This document shows, in pieces, positions 1-10,902 of a DNA stretch of 64,000 nt (the first letter of the stretch is position 1; each line of letters begins with the position of its first letter). This DNA is from a virus. The notes beneath the pieces are model-generated. The model was not told the DNA's origin. It did no database searches and worked only from the letters and a program-made list of their open reading frames with translations. Location: the IMG/VR virus record IMGVR_UViG_3300020442_001264, positions 20,030-84,029 of that record; one strand, written 5' to 3'. The position numbers were made by a program, and so were the translations under genes.

Positions 1-3000
1 CCAGGTACAGTACCACTTCCAAAAGGCACAACAGTAAAAAATTCAGATACAGGACAATCATCAACAGCAACGGCAGGACCTGCCCCAAGTGATGTTGTTC
101 CGGCTCCGAAAGCACCTAGTGATGGTCCTTTAACTAGTCCGCCTATTATTGAATGTGGACCTGACCCTGACCAAGTACCAGAGCCTGAAGGACCGACATT
201 AACTCCTCAACAAATTGCGGCTCAGGCATTATTGGATCAGCACAATTTTCAAACTCAATTCATATTGCCACACCAGCAAGAAGCAGTGAAACCTCAAGCA
301 CAGACGAATTTAGAGAATCAAGGCACAAGATATAATCAACAAGGTGGATACAGTTTGGGTGGCCCAAGAACTGGTAGTGACGGTGGTCTTGTTTACGGGC
401 AACAGCAAGGTGCAGAATGGGGAGCAAATGAAAGACAATTCAATTATGAAACAGGAGAATGGGAATATGTGCCATCAGGTGCTAAATGGACTCAGGATGG
501 AGTAGAATATACCATGATGGCAGACGGCACTATACAAGGTGACGATGGTACTATTTGGGCTACTAAAAAAACAAGAATAACAATAGACGGAGCAAAAGGT
601 TCTTTAGGAGACAGATACGGTGATTATGGCATAGTCGGATTAACAGATCAAGGTAAAAAAGATGCAGATCCTGTTTTAAAAGCCAGACTTGCTATGATAA
701 ATCCTAGGTACCAGGCTAAAGCAGGAGAAGATCCTTCGTTACGCATCGATCATGCAGATAAAGAATGTAACACACTTATACCACATACCCATGCTTATGA
801 ACCTGTTGGTGAACCTTATTGTGTAGACGATGCAAATGGTAGAAATAAAGAGGGTATACAGCATCAATTATATAGATGTGCAAATGCAAACAACAACGAC
901 GAAGGTTGTGGAATGCCAGAATATATTGAAGAAACAAAAGGAGTCGCAACTTGTATCAAGCCATATGGTGGTTATATATCAGCAGTTTGGTCTGTTCCAA
1001 AAGTTGCAGAAGGCAGTAGTGCTGTGTATACTGTTACAACTGACAGTAATGTAAGAGACGGCACACAGGTCCTAGTTACTGTGAGCGGTAGTGCTAATGC
1101 TATAGCCGACACTGATTTGACTGGAAGTAGTTTTACATTAACAATCAATAATAGTACAGCAAGTAAAACAGTAAATTTCACTGCTGATGCAACAACAGAA
1201 GGCACTGAAACATTAACATTCACACTTGCTGAATACGACAATGACAACAACGAAACAGGACAAATGGTTGCAACAATCGACATTGATGACACCAGTCAGA
1301 CTCCAGTTCCAACTTATTCATCTATGACAATCAGTAACAGCACACTTAGAGAAAATGGTGGGTTAGTTGATTTAGTAGTAAGAGGCTCTCACCTAACAGA
1401 TGGAGCAACTATAGTTGGTACATTGAGTGGTACAGGTTTAACAAGAAGTGATTTTACAGCAGGCAGTGACTTAAACGATAATTTAGAAATTACATTTACT
1501 ATGAGTGACCAAGGTGGTAATGCATTTGTATCAGATGTAAAACAAATAGCCGCTATTGCAGATGTAACAACAGAAGGCGACGAAGCATTCACTATCACAT
1601 TAGCAAATTCAGACAGTAACGGTGCTAGTGCAGGACTTCCAAAATCAGTAACAGCAACTATAAAAGATGATTCACTCAGCCCAGCACCACCATATGAATG
1701 TGTGGATTACTATTTGTGGCATAACAATGGACCTACTCCAGAAACAACCAGTTTCTATTGTACTTCAGATACACAGAATCATACAATGCATGTGGCATTT
1801 GATATGTATAGTGCCAACGACGCATTGAGAGTTTATCAAAGTGACACAAAATATGGTAAGGACAGATTAATAGCAGGTACTCACTCAAACAGTACTTGTA
1901 GAAATATGACATCTGCAGAAAAAAATGAATTTAAAAACGTTATTTCAAACAATTCAGATCCTGGGAACAATTCAAGTGCCTTACAAACTCTCACAGACAT
2001 GAGTACAAATCCTGACAGTAACGGTGGTAGAGCATACGCAGGTATTTGTGAGTTCACATACAACCAAGCCAATGGTAGATATATCACAGTTGAAACTGTA
2101 AGAGGTACAAATGGCGGAAGTTCAGTATTTAGATGGTGGGCTCAAGTGTGTATTGACGAAGGTGAAAATCCATGGTACTTTGAAAAAGAAGGCGGACACT
2201 CAAGCGGAACACAATCATCAAGTGGACCTGGTAACGGTGCTAGTGCAGGCTATGTTGCAACAGGATCAGTTGCTGGTGCTATGAAATCCACACGTAAATC
2301 AACTAAGACAGCATCATACAGTATTCCATTGGGCATACCAAACTTTGGTAATGTTCCAATGACGCCTAGCAATCCAATTGGCTATCATATTAATTTCAAT
2401 GGCATTGGTTATAACGGAGTATATGGTTTCCAATCAGTTGGTAATGGTCCAGGATTAGGAACAAAGCCAATGGATTTTGCAGTACCAAGTGCATTACCTA
2501 GAATGAGAAGATTAAATGGCGGTGATGCATTTATGAGATACGGAATGAATAGAGCATCTTATCAAGATGACTTTACAAGATTCCATGATGCTGAATTTAC
2601 AGATGCAAGAAGACCATTAGACGGCAGACCTAGTTTCCAAAATCAAGCAGGCACAGTAACTCCAAAAACATCGAGTCCTATACCTGATAATAGTGCATTT
2701 AATCCAGAAAGTGCTCCTGAAAAGGTAAAACCAAGAGCAATGGAAATTAAACTGTTGGAAAAAACAAAGACAGGAGTATATCAACCTAAAAAAGGAAGTA
2801 AAGGTGATATATCATTGAGAATTGAGTTAGAAGAATATTGTAGGCAGACAAAAGTCCATTTTTGTACGGATAATACGTTTATGACAGACGGCGCCGACAC
2901 AGCAGGTCCCGGAGAAACGGATCATAGTAGATATGCTATAAGAGGTGGCGATACTTTTTGGGTAGGTGATACGCAGATTGACACCACAGGTGTTTTATCT

Positions 3001-6000
3001 GCTTCAGACATGAAGGCTAGAATCCAACAAGCAATGGGTAACAAAGTGAATGTGAATGTGACTAATGATCCAGACACAGGTCAGAAATGTGTAAGAGTAG
3101 CATTTAAAGATAACTCTGTTGGAGTACCTATTTTGAGAAATGGTTGTAAAGGTGGAGTATTAAAAGAAGTATTAGACTTTACAGTAAACAACAAAGATAA
3201 CAGGTCATTCAGTGAGAACACATATACAGCAGGTACTAGAACCAGCACAACAACTGTTAATACACTGGTAAATGCTGATACCGATTCAAATGTTGACACA
3301 CCTGATGTAAATGTTGGTTCTGTTTCAACAACAGCAACTGGCACTGATTTTATCACAAACACAATAACAGCCGAAGGAAGAAGACGCAGTGATAATCCAT
3401 CAACAATTACTGTAGGACATAATGGTTCTAAATATAGAGTTGGTGATATATTGAGAGCAGTAGGTGGTACAGCAGTAGGCAATACAAGTAAGCCTGGAAT
3501 GCAGATTGCAGGATTAGTTTTAGAACGAGGTGGTTTTGGATACGGAGTATGGGATGAAAACAGTCAACGATATGTATTGCCGGAAGGCTCTGTGCAAATT
3601 AGAGTAGGCGGCCCAGGAGAATCTGGATATGGCTTTGAACCAGATATGTCAGATTTAAGAGTAAATCCAATCACAGGTGAACTAGATTGTGCTTGGCAAG
3701 TTGCTTTAGGAGATGCTAATAGCCCTGGTGGTAAAAGAGGGCTGTTAGCAATACAAGGTTTAACTGGTGAAAAATACATATTCAATGATCCTCCTTCAAT
3801 AACAATAACAGGACTAGGAACAGGTGCTAGATTCTCAGTAGCATGGTTAAATTCTAAACCATCAGATGTTGAAGAAGTTGCAATATTTAAAGTTACATCT
3901 GTTGGAGATGAAGGACAGATTGAAGATATGAAGATTCTCAACAGAGGATTGTATGAAACATTCCCAGGAGATTTAAATTCAGGTATTCCATTAGAATATC
4001 ATACCACTAGAAAAGATGGCGACGGTAATGATGTTATTATCGGCACAACAGCAACAGGTTTTCAAGGGCAAGGAACAGGTGCTCGTGTGTTTATGACAGC
4101 AAGATTAATTGGTGACTGTAGACAGAAAGGCACAGCATTACAAGACATGGGATTAAGCGAAGGTCCACTAACTAGAGATGACTTTGACAAATACATTGTT
4201 GATTACATCAATGATCATTCAGAAGTAGACCCAGATGGAAATCCATATTTTAGTGCCGCCCTTACAAATAACGGTGGGATACCAGGAATAAGAGTAACGT
4301 CAGACCAAGGTGACGGAGTAGAAATTGGCGAAGGTCGTCCAGGTGATTTATCAGGATTCAATATTGATCCTGGTGCTTACATACCTGAGATTCCGCCAAA
4401 CATAGATATCACAGAAGGTAGTGCCGCGGCAGGTGATGGTTCAGGTGGAACAGGAGGACCAGGCAGAGGAAAAAGTATTAGATATTCTAGTAGGCATCCA
4501 TTTGCAATTAGTACTGACATAGGTGAGTTATTATCACAATCAGGCTTGTACAAATATGAATTGAGAAGATTAGACGGTACTAGCCCTATCACAATAACAT
4601 CATCAGATGCAAAAGCAATTCATGTTGATCCATTAGCATTGGAAAGTGTTAGACATAGCACTGAAACAGGTTTAGATATGGCAAACATTGCCAACGTGTG
4701 GATTGACAATTATAATGATACAGGAAAATGGGCATACTTAGAAAGTAACACAATTATAAGACAGCAAGAAGATTTAGTAGATACTAGATTTATCAGAGAC
4801 GTATTTACATATGATGAAACTTCTGCAGAAAAAGAATTTGATATAGATTTATATGATCCGTTTAAAGGTATTATTCCAGGTTTCATAGACAAAGAAATAG
4901 ATTTGAAAACATTGAGAGATCCAATAGTTTACGATGGTAGAAAGACAAAATACGGCAGAGCACAAGTAGGTTTAAGATGGTGGGATACTACCAATGTGAG
5001 ATATGAATGGTATGAGCAAGGATCTGGAAATTACGGAGCACAAGGTTATAACAATTATGAACGTTCTGTAAATTGGGGTAATATGTTCCCAGGTAGTAGA
5101 GTTGAAATTTACGAATGGGTTGAGAGTTTAAGTCCTCCAAGTTCTTTCACACAAGGAAGACCACATCCGGATCAAAACTTTATAACAGAATCTCATCCTG
5201 ATAAAACTGGTAAGCCTTTAACATATTACTATTTCTGGGCAACAGAGTTAGATGTTGTTTCTGATTTAGCAAGAGTAAACTACAACAAAGAAAGAACTAC
5301 TAGGGATATAACTAGGTTATTAACTGACTTGGAAAGTGAGAGAGTACCTTACACAGGTATTGTGTCTCCTGATGGACTTGTTGTTAATACACTAGGTGAT
5401 TTGATTAGAACTGAAGACAGTATTTTAAGTGTAAACTTTAAACGTAAAGACACAGAAGCAGTACAAAAACACAGCAGTTGGAATCTAGTAGGCGAAAATG
5501 ATACTGATGGTGCTATACCTAGAAATTTAAGTATTAAAATGATAGACAGTTTAGCAGGGTATAATGCTATTAAACAAGTTGTACCTGGTTCTGGATTAAG
5601 CACATCAGAAAGATTTGGTTCTAAATTTAGACCTAGACAAACAATGTTTAAGGATCTTAAGAAAGCAAGAAAACAGATGTTTGTAGTTATGAATGATATC
5701 TTTAAAGATATTAAAATGAATACAACTTTTATAGATTGGAAAAAAGAATTACCTAAGGATTATTCATTACTACAAGATGTAAATTGGTATGAAAAGCAAA
5801 GAATTAATAAAGTAGATAATAGCACAGTTTATTATGATAGCACATATAAACCTTTAAGAAAAGTAACAGATACAAAACAATTTGGTTTATTAACAAATGT
5901 ATTAGATAAGAGTATTATTCAGGTACAGAAAGATGATACACAAGCATACAAGTTATATGAGTATGATAAGAAAACTAATACATTTAAACTTATTGCAATC

Positions 6001-8223
6001 GAAAAAGAAACTGTAGCATGGAATGATAGTGTTTGGAATGATGCACAAAATCTCACAAGAGGTACGGAAATCAGAGACATACTAGTTGCATTGTATGAAA
6101 AAATATTTATTAATACATACGAAATACATTGGAACAAATTCTTTTTTGAAATGTTGAAGTATGCATACGCAGAGCAAGGTGAATTGGATTGGGCATTCAA
6201 AACAACATACCTAAAAGTTGTTAAAGAAGAAACAGATTTAATACCATTTAAAGGATTTAAAGTTGACAACTTTGATAAAGCCGTTGAATATTTCAATGAA
6301 GTAAAACCTTATAGTAGTAAGATTAGAAATTACAGTGATATCAAAAAAGCACCTGTTGAAATTTTATCAGGAAAAACAACAGACTTTGATAGACCACCTT
6401 ATTATGACGAAGACAATTATACAGTAAGAATATTAGATGCAAGTGTAAACGCAGATAACACCATTCTAAATTCAGATACTGATTATGCAGGTTTTGTGAG
6501 TAACAGTGATAAAGTTAGAACATTTGACCAAAAAATTATATTTGATAGAGTCAAAGGATCATTGTATGAAAACAGTTCTGGTGGAACTACACAAACAATT
6601 ATTGCAGACGGTTCAACAACAATATTCAATTTGAACTTCACTGTTGAAGATGAAAGTAGACTGGAAGTTCATGTAAACGGTGAAAAGATTGAAAAAACAT
6701 CAGACGGTGGTAATGTTACTAACTTCACAGTTGATTTAGGTAACTCGTTTGTTAGTTTTTCAGACGAAGCAAACATAAACAACAGAGTTGGCACACCGGA
6801 AAACGGTGACAAAGTTGAATTTAAATACATAGATGGTTTTGATCCGACATTAGAAACAATGAATGTATCTATTGCTAAGAACTTAGTAGCAATAGAGTCA
6901 AACAGTAATATTAATATTTCTAACACATCACAAAAATGGACAGCACCTGAAAGGTTATGGAAGTTTGACCCTGATGTGAGAAATGCAATTACCACAGCAT
7001 TTGATACAGCATATGGTACTGGTGCAGGTTCTAATACAGAGATAACAAGCAATATAAGTATTATGACTTCCATGGTTGCAGATGGTAATTTAAAACTTGC
7101 ATTAGATTTAATCAAGTCAAAAGTACATGCTACTTTCCAAGGCGAAGAATTAGATGCAAATGTATTCACAGATGTTGTTCCTGGTACACACCCAACAACA
7201 TTCTATACAGATAGCAGAGGATTTGATACTTATGCTTGGGACGATGGCTTATTTGATAGAGAAATTGAAGTAGATAACTTTGTTGGTATATTCAGCGAAA
7301 GTGCTTCAGGTAATGTAAATTACAGAGTAAATGATGAAACTGTTTATGGATTTGATGCTACAACATTCCTAAAACACAGATATGGTCCTGATAGACCTGA
7401 AGAACTTGCAGTGGTACAACCACTTGAAACATTAACTATGGATGTTTACACTAAAGGTAATACACAAATAAGTACAGACAGTACTGATGCAAGATATCTG
7501 GTGTTTATGGATATTTTTGGAAATAGCGAATATTATAGAAGAACTGTAAATGCATTAACAACAGTATCATCGAATGTTAATATTTGGGATAATGAAATTA
7601 ATGTTGTAGATGCAAGTAGATTGCCTGATGCTACAAAGAAAGACACAGCAGTTGTTTGGATCAACGGCGAAAGAATAGAATACGAAAAACGTGATACAGT
7701 AAACAATAAATTAGTAGGTATCACAAGAGGAACAAAAGGAACATCACCTAATACAGTTTTAACAGCAGGGGAAGGCATATTCAACGGAGAAGAAACTGAG
7801 AATATAAGATTAAGAGATGCCAATGGTAACATATTAAGAGACCCTGAGGACTTTAACTGGATTAAACCAGTAGCAATATTTGATGATACAGTTCCTTTTG
7901 ATGATGATTGGGACGGCACAGGAAGTCTAACAGGATTCCAAAACAATGTTATGACCACAGCAGGCACAGTTGGTGATTTACCATATGATGTTGATGCAGG
8001 AAACGTTACATTTGGATTTGACTCCAGTTGGGACAATTCAGGGTCGTTTAAGCCAACATCAAACGGTGTAGAAAATTACACACTCCCATCATTTGATATA
8101 GATGAAGATACAGGTTGGGATTCGGGTGATCAAACCCTTAAAGAAGCAAGAAGTATTACAGATAAAGGTACTGTCTTTAAAGCAAATACAAGTATTATAG
8201 ACTTCTTGCACAATTTTGATTAA
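1..8223 (+). CDS. Giant virion structural protein, probable baseplate wedge/hub of a jumbo myovirus (5'-partial, >2740 aa)
   Basis: Frame 1 is open from base 1 (PGTVPLPKGT...), so the TTG at 232 is not the real start. C-terminal motifs (DLYDPFKGIIPG, WWDTTNVRY, YFNEVKPYSSKIR, PEELA, INGERIEY, ITRGTKGT) resemble large baseplate proteins of jumbo phages. Two Calx-beta/Ig-like repeats at ~970-1680. Located directly upstream of tail-type genes. Confidence 0.7.
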   Translation, partial: PGTVPLPKGTTVKNSDTGQSSTATAGPAPSDVVPAPKAPSDGPLTSPPIIECGPDPDQVPEPEGPTLTPQQIAAQALLDQHNFQTQFILPHQQEAVKPQAQTNLENQGTRYNQQGGYSLGGPRTGSDGGLVYGQQQGAEWGANERQFNYETGEWEYVPSGAKWTQDGVEYTMMADGTIQGDDGTIWATKKTRITIDGAKGSLGDRYGDYGIVGLTDQGKKDADPVLKARLAMINPRYQAKAGEDPSLRIDHADKECNTLIPHTHAYEPVGEPYCVDDANGRNKEGIQHQLYRCANANNNDEGCGMPEYIEETKGVATCIKPYGGYISAVWSVPKVAEGSSAVYTVTTDSNVRDGTQVLVTVSGSANAIADTDLTGSSFTLTINNSTASKTVNFTADATTEGTETLTFTLAEYDNDNNETGQMVATIDIDDTSQTPVPTYSSMTISNSTLRENGGLVDLVVRGSHLTDGATIVGTLSGTGLTRSDFTAGSDLNDNLEITFTMSDQGGNAFVSDVKQIAAIADVTTEGDEAFTITLANSDSNGASAGLPKSVTATIKDDSLSPAPPYECVDYYLWHNNGPTPETTSFYCTSDTQNHTMHVAFDMYSANDALRVYQSDTKYGKDRLIAGTHSNSTCRNMTSAEKNEFKNVISNNSDPGNNSSALQTLTDMSTNPDSNGGRAYAGICEFTYNQANGRYITVETVRGTNGGSSVFRWWAQVCIDEGENPWYFEKEGGHSSGTQSSSGPGNGASAGYVATGSVAGAMKSTRKSTKTASYSIPLGIPNFGNVPMTPSNPIGYHINFNGIGYNGVYGFQSVGNGPGLGTKPMDFAVPSALPRMRRLNGGDAFMRYGMNRASYQDDFTRFHDAEFTDARRPLDGRPSFQNQAGTVTPKTSSPIPDNSAFNPESAPEKVKPRAMEIKLLEKTKTGVYQPKKGSKGDISLRIELEEYCRQTKVHFCTDNTFMTDGADTAGPGETDHSRYAIRGGDTFWVGDTQIDTTGVLSASDMKARIQQAMGNKVNVNVTNDPDTGQKCVRVAFKDNSVGVPILRNGCKGGVLKEVLDFTVNNKDNRSFSENTYTAGTRTSTTTVNTLVNADTDSNVDTPDVNVGSVSTTATGTDFITNTITAEGRRRSDNPSTITVGHNGSKYRVGDILRAVGGTAVGNTSKPGMQIAGLVLERGGFGYGVWDENSQRYVLPEGSVQIRVGGPGESGYGFEPDMSDLRVNPITGELDCAWQVALGDANSPGGKRGLLAIQGLTGEKYIFNDPPSITITGLGTGARFSVAWLNSKPSDVEEVAIFKVTSVGDEGQIEDMKILNRGLYETFPGDLNSGIPLEYHTTRKDGDGNDVIIGTTATGFQGQGTGARVFMTARLIGDCRQKGTALQDMGLSEGPLTRDDFDKYIVDYINDHSEVDPDGNPYFSAALTNNGGIPGIRVTSDQGDGVEIGEGRPGDLSGFNIDPGAYIPEIPPNIDITEGSAAAGDGSGGTGGPGRGKSIRYSSRHPFAISTDIGELLSQSGLYKYELRRLDGTSPITITSSDAKAIHVDPLALESVRHSTETGLDMANIANVWIDNYNDTGKWAYLESNTIIRQQEDLVDTRFIRDVFTYDETSAEKEFDIDLYDPFKGIIPGFIDKEIDLKTLRDPIVYDGRKTKYGRAQVGLRWWDTTNVRYEWYEQGSGNYGAQGYNNYERSVNWGNMFPGSRVEIYEWVESLSPPSSFTQGRPHPDQNFITESHPDKTGKPLTYYYFWATELDVVSDLARVNYNKERTTRDITRLLTDLESERVPYTGIVSPDGLVVNTLGDLIRTEDSILSVNFKRKDTEAVQKHSSWNLVGENDTDGAIPRNLSIKMIDSLAGYNAIKQVVPGSGLSTSERFGSKFRPRQTMFKDLKKARKQMFVVMNDIFKDIKMNTTFIDWKKELPKDYSLLQDVNWYEKQRINKVDNSTVYYDSTYKPLRKVTDTKQFGLLTNVLDKSIIQVQKDDTQAYKLYEYDKKTNTFKLIAIEKETVAWNDSVWNDAQNLTRGTEIRDILVALYEKIFINTYEIHWNKFFFEMLKYAYAEQGELDWAFKTTYLKVVKEETDLIPFKGFKVDNFDKAVEYFNEVKPYSSKIRNYSDIKKAPVEILSGKTTDFDRPPYYDEDNYTVRILDASVNADNTILNSDTDYAGFVSNSDKVRTFDQKIIFDRVKGSLYENSSGGTTQTIIADGSTTIFNLNFTVEDESRLEVHVNGEKIEKTSDGGNVTNFTVDLGNSFVSFSDEANINNRVGTPENGDKVEFKYIDGFDPTLETMNVSIAKNLVAIESNSNINISNTSQKWTAPERLWKFDPDVRNAITTAFDTAYGTGAGSNTEITSNISIMTSMVADGNLKLALDLIKSKVHATFQGEELDANVFTDVVPGTHPTTFYTDSRGFDTYAWDDGLFDREIEVDNFVGIFSESASGNVNYRVNDETVYGFDATTFLKHRYGPDRPEELAVVQPLETLTMDVYTKGNTQISTDSTDARYLVFMDIFGNSEYYRRTVNALTTVSSNVNIWDNEINVVDASRLPDATKKDTAVVWINGERIEYEKRDTVNNKLVGITRGTKGTSPNTVLTAGEGIFNGEETENIRLRDANGNILRDPEDFNWIKPVAIFDDTVPFDDDWDGTGSLTGFQNNVMTTAGTVGDLPYDVDAGNVTFGFDSSWDNSGSFKPTSNGVENYTLPSFDIDEDTGWDSGDQTLKEARSITDKGTVFKANTSIIDFLHNFD

Positions 8224-8250
8224 GAATTAAAACAATATATAATGAAAAGT

Positions 8251-8258
8251 GATAAATA
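8251..8258 (+). promoter_or_regulatory. Late-promoter-like element GATAAATA, 5 nt before ATG 8264
   Basis: TAAATA at 8253-8258, then AGAAT, then ATG; no SD. Matches the geometry of the T4 late promoter TATAAATA (-13..-6). Confidence 0.65.
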
Positions 8259-8263
8259 AGAAT

Positions 8264-8890
8264 ATGAACGTTAGCAATGACAAAGCAGAAAAGGAAATGA
8301 AGCAGGCTAGTAAACCAGTCGATGAAAATGCAGGCATCAAAATGTCAGGACATATCTTGATTAGAGATGCAGATACAAAAGAAGAATTTGTAAACAAAAG
8401 AAATGCAATTCATTATGGTAACATGGCAAATATGATAGCAAATGCATTGACCAACCAGTCAGGTGCATATATCCATTATATGGCTTTTGGTAACGGAGCA
8501 ACAAGTGTAGACTCAGCAGGCAAGGTGATTTATAAAGCACCACGTGTCAGTGAGTCTTTCGAAAATAGTGCAACTCTGTATAGTAGAACTTATGAGAAAG
8601 TTATAAGTAACAACACTACTACAGACAAGATTGAAATAATCACAGGAACTAGTTTTACAGATTTAAAAATGACTTGTACATTAGGTTATAATCAACCTGC
8701 AGGACAAGACGATTTTGATAGCAGTACAACTAATGAAGGCACATACGTTTTTGATGAACTTGGCTTGCTAAGTTATGCAACCGATCCTGCAGATAGTAAA
8801 TTGCTAACACATGTGATATTTCACCCAGTTCAAAAAAGTGCAAACAGAACAATTGAAATTATATATACTGTCAGGGTACAGTTAAATTAA
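8264..8890 (+). CDS. Conserved jumbo-phage virion/baseplate protein
   Basis: Motifs GHILIRD, NKRNAIHYGNM, FDELGL, LLTHVIFHPVQKSANR. Lies between the baseplate and fibre genes. Start moved to ATG 8264 because the GTG at 8249 overlaps the promoter. Confidence 0.65.
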   Translation: MNVSNDKAEKEMKQASKPVDENAGIKMSGHILIRDADTKEEFVNKRNAIHYGNMANMIANALTNQSGAYIHYMAFGNGATSVDSAGKVIYKAPRVSESFENSATLYSRTYEKVISNNTTTDKIEIITGTSFTDLKMTCTLGYNQPAGQDDFDSSTTNEGTYVFDELGLLSYATDPADSKLLTHVIFHPVQKSANRTIEIIYTVRVQLN

Positions 8891-8903
8891 TAGAGGATAG
8901 AAA

Positions 8904-10868
8904 ATGACTTATTCAGTACAAAATACAGATGGTTCTAGAACCATTAACGTAGCCGCAAGTCAGGTAAACTCTTCTTTCAGTGTTGCACTGGTCGGTAGAA
9001 ATGTTAGTGGTTATGGACAATACTTTGTTCAAAACTCTATAAGACATTTAGAAAACTTTGCCAGTAGCTCAGCACCAGCAGATGACATTTTATTAACAGG
9101 TCAAGCATGGTACGACAAGAATGAAGATGTAATGAGAGTTTACGATGGCAGTGGCTGGCAAAGAATGAGTATTACAGTAAGTGCGGCGGCACCAAGCGGC
9201 GGTGTTAATTCAGGTACTGCTTACTATGATACAAAAGATGATAAATTAAAAGTGCATAACGGAACAGCATTTGTTGATGCCAGTTATGCAGGTAAAGTAA
9301 CAAACCAATTCAGTGGAATTTCCGACGTTGGTAGTCCAAGTTTATACGGAACAAGAATTAGAACTATGTATGTTCCGGGTAATGATGGTATCAAACGTGC
9401 CGTATTAGCATTGATGTATGTAAACAATGGTACAAATTCGTTCCAAGGTGCTACAAGCGGCGAAAGTGTAATGGCAATATTCAGTGACCATGCAGAGTTT
9501 ACAATTGATACAACAGCGACTTGGGAAATTGAAGGATTAGCAGATGTAAGTTTATACACAGAATTTACAGACTCCGATGGTATTGGTAACAAAATTAAAC
9601 CAGGTATGAACCTGAGACAAAAATACTCAGGTACTGCTATTGCATTAGCAAACGTGGCATTAGAAGCCAATATTGCAAATGCTATTCAAACAGGTAGTGG
9701 TAACATAGATGCTAACAACATTATTCATGTAGGACGTAGTTATGTACCAACAACCACAGACAACGAAACATTAGGTGCGGCAGGTTCAAGATTTTCTGAA
9801 CTACACATTGACACAATTTTTGTTGGTGATCCAGCATCTAGTTCAGCACAATATATTAAGAAAGCAAAAACAGGTGGTAACACCAGTGTTGTTTTAGATA
9901 TTGGTGAAAGTGATGCTCCAATTGATAATCTATATGTTACAAACGTAACATTGGCAAATGGCGGTGGCATCAGTGGTCTTAATGTTGAAAGTTTTGGTTC
10001 TAACGTAGCACCAATTGACGAAGTTTGGTCTTCTAACGTAATAGTTAATGAAGGTAATGTTTGGGTAAACAACTTAGGTTTCTATGGAGATTTAAGAAAT
10101 CCTGTAACAGGTAACATTGTTGTTGATGTAAGTGGTGACGCAGTTATAACCACTACAGGTACTGCAACAATGACTAACAAAACATTTGGCAGTGATATAC
10201 TTGCAACAGACAATAGTGTAAACATTGGTAATACTGGTACTAAATTTGGTACTGTTCACAGTTCAACATTTAATGGTGTTGATGCAGTATTATCAGGACA
10301 AGCAAATGCAACAACATTCAATGGTAATGTATCGGGTGCTTCAGCAACTTTAAGTGGTACTGTATCAGGTGGTACATTAACTGATGGAACATTGAGTTCT
10401 ACAGCAGGTACTATTACTGGTGGTGTTGCCGCAACATTTAGTGGTAACGTAACAGGTAACTATTTTGTTGGTACAGCAACAGCGGCTCAATATGCTGACT
10501 TGGCTGAGGTTTATTCAGCAGATTCAGATTATGAAGCAGGCACAGTTGTTAAAATTGGTGGTGATGCAGAAGTAACACAAACAGAATCACATGCAGATGT
10601 AGATGTGTTTGGTGTTGTTTCAAGTACGCCAGCATACTTGATGAACAGTGAAGCAGAAGGTTTACCAATTGCACTAGCAGGAAGGGTTCCTGTAAAAGTC
10701 ATTGGTAAAGTTGCCAAAGGCGAAAGGCTTGTAAGTTCAGATGTTCCGGGTGTTGCTTGGGCATTAGGCGAAGATGAATACGATGCTAGAGCAATAATTG
10801 GTAGAGCATTACAAAGTAAAGAAGATGGCGATGCAGGTATTATAGAAGCAGTCATTGGAGTAAAATAA
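8904..10868 (+). CDS. Tail fibre/baseplate-attached protein with C-terminal chaperone-like (peptidase G2/IMC-like) domain
   Basis: SD GAGGA. N-terminal LVGRNVSGYGQY..LENFA and GQAWYD motifs; Gly/Thr/Asn-rich shaft; C-terminal YADLAEVY...PAYLMN...AGRVPVKVIG...IIGRAL. Confidence 0.75.
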   Translation: MTYSVQNTDGSRTINVAASQVNSSFSVALVGRNVSGYGQYFVQNSIRHLENFASSSAPADDILLTGQAWYDKNEDVMRVYDGSGWQRMSITVSAAAPSGGVNSGTAYYDTKDDKLKVHNGTAFVDASYAGKVTNQFSGISDVGSPSLYGTRIRTMYVPGNDGIKRAVLALMYVNNGTNSFQGATSGESVMAIFSDHAEFTIDTTATWEIEGLADVSLYTEFTDSDGIGNKIKPGMNLRQKYSGTAIALANVALEANIANAIQTGSGNIDANNIIHVGRSYVPTTTDNETLGAAGSRFSELHIDTIFVGDPASSSAQYIKKAKTGGNTSVVLDIGESDAPIDNLYVTNVTLANGGGISGLNVESFGSNVAPIDEVWSSNVIVNEGNVWVNNLGFYGDLRNPVTGNIVVDVSGDAVITTTGTATMTNKTFGSDILATDNSVNIGNTGTKFGTVHSSTFNGVDAVLSGQANATTFNGNVSGASATLSGTVSGGTLTDGTLSSTAGTITGGVAATFSGNVTGNYFVGTATAAQYADLAEVYSADSDYEAGTVVKIGGDAEVTQTESHADVDVFGVVSSTPAYLMNSEAEGLPIALAGRVPVKVIGKVAKGERLVSSDVPGVAWALGEDEYDARAIIGRALQSKEDGDAGIIEAVIGVK

Positions 10869-10876
10869 GGTAAATA
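10869..10876 (+). promoter_or_regulatory. Late-promoter-like element GGTAAATA (leadered; SD AGGAG downstream)
   Basis: TAAATA at 10871-10876 in the intergenic gap. Confidence 0.55.
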
Positions 10877-10902
10877 GTAGTAACATTTAGTAGGAGAAAA
10901 TT

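Noticed and set aside
232-234. TTG at 232 as the start of the giant protein
   Set aside because: The frame is open from base 1 with protein-like sequence and no SD; the gene begins upstream of the window.
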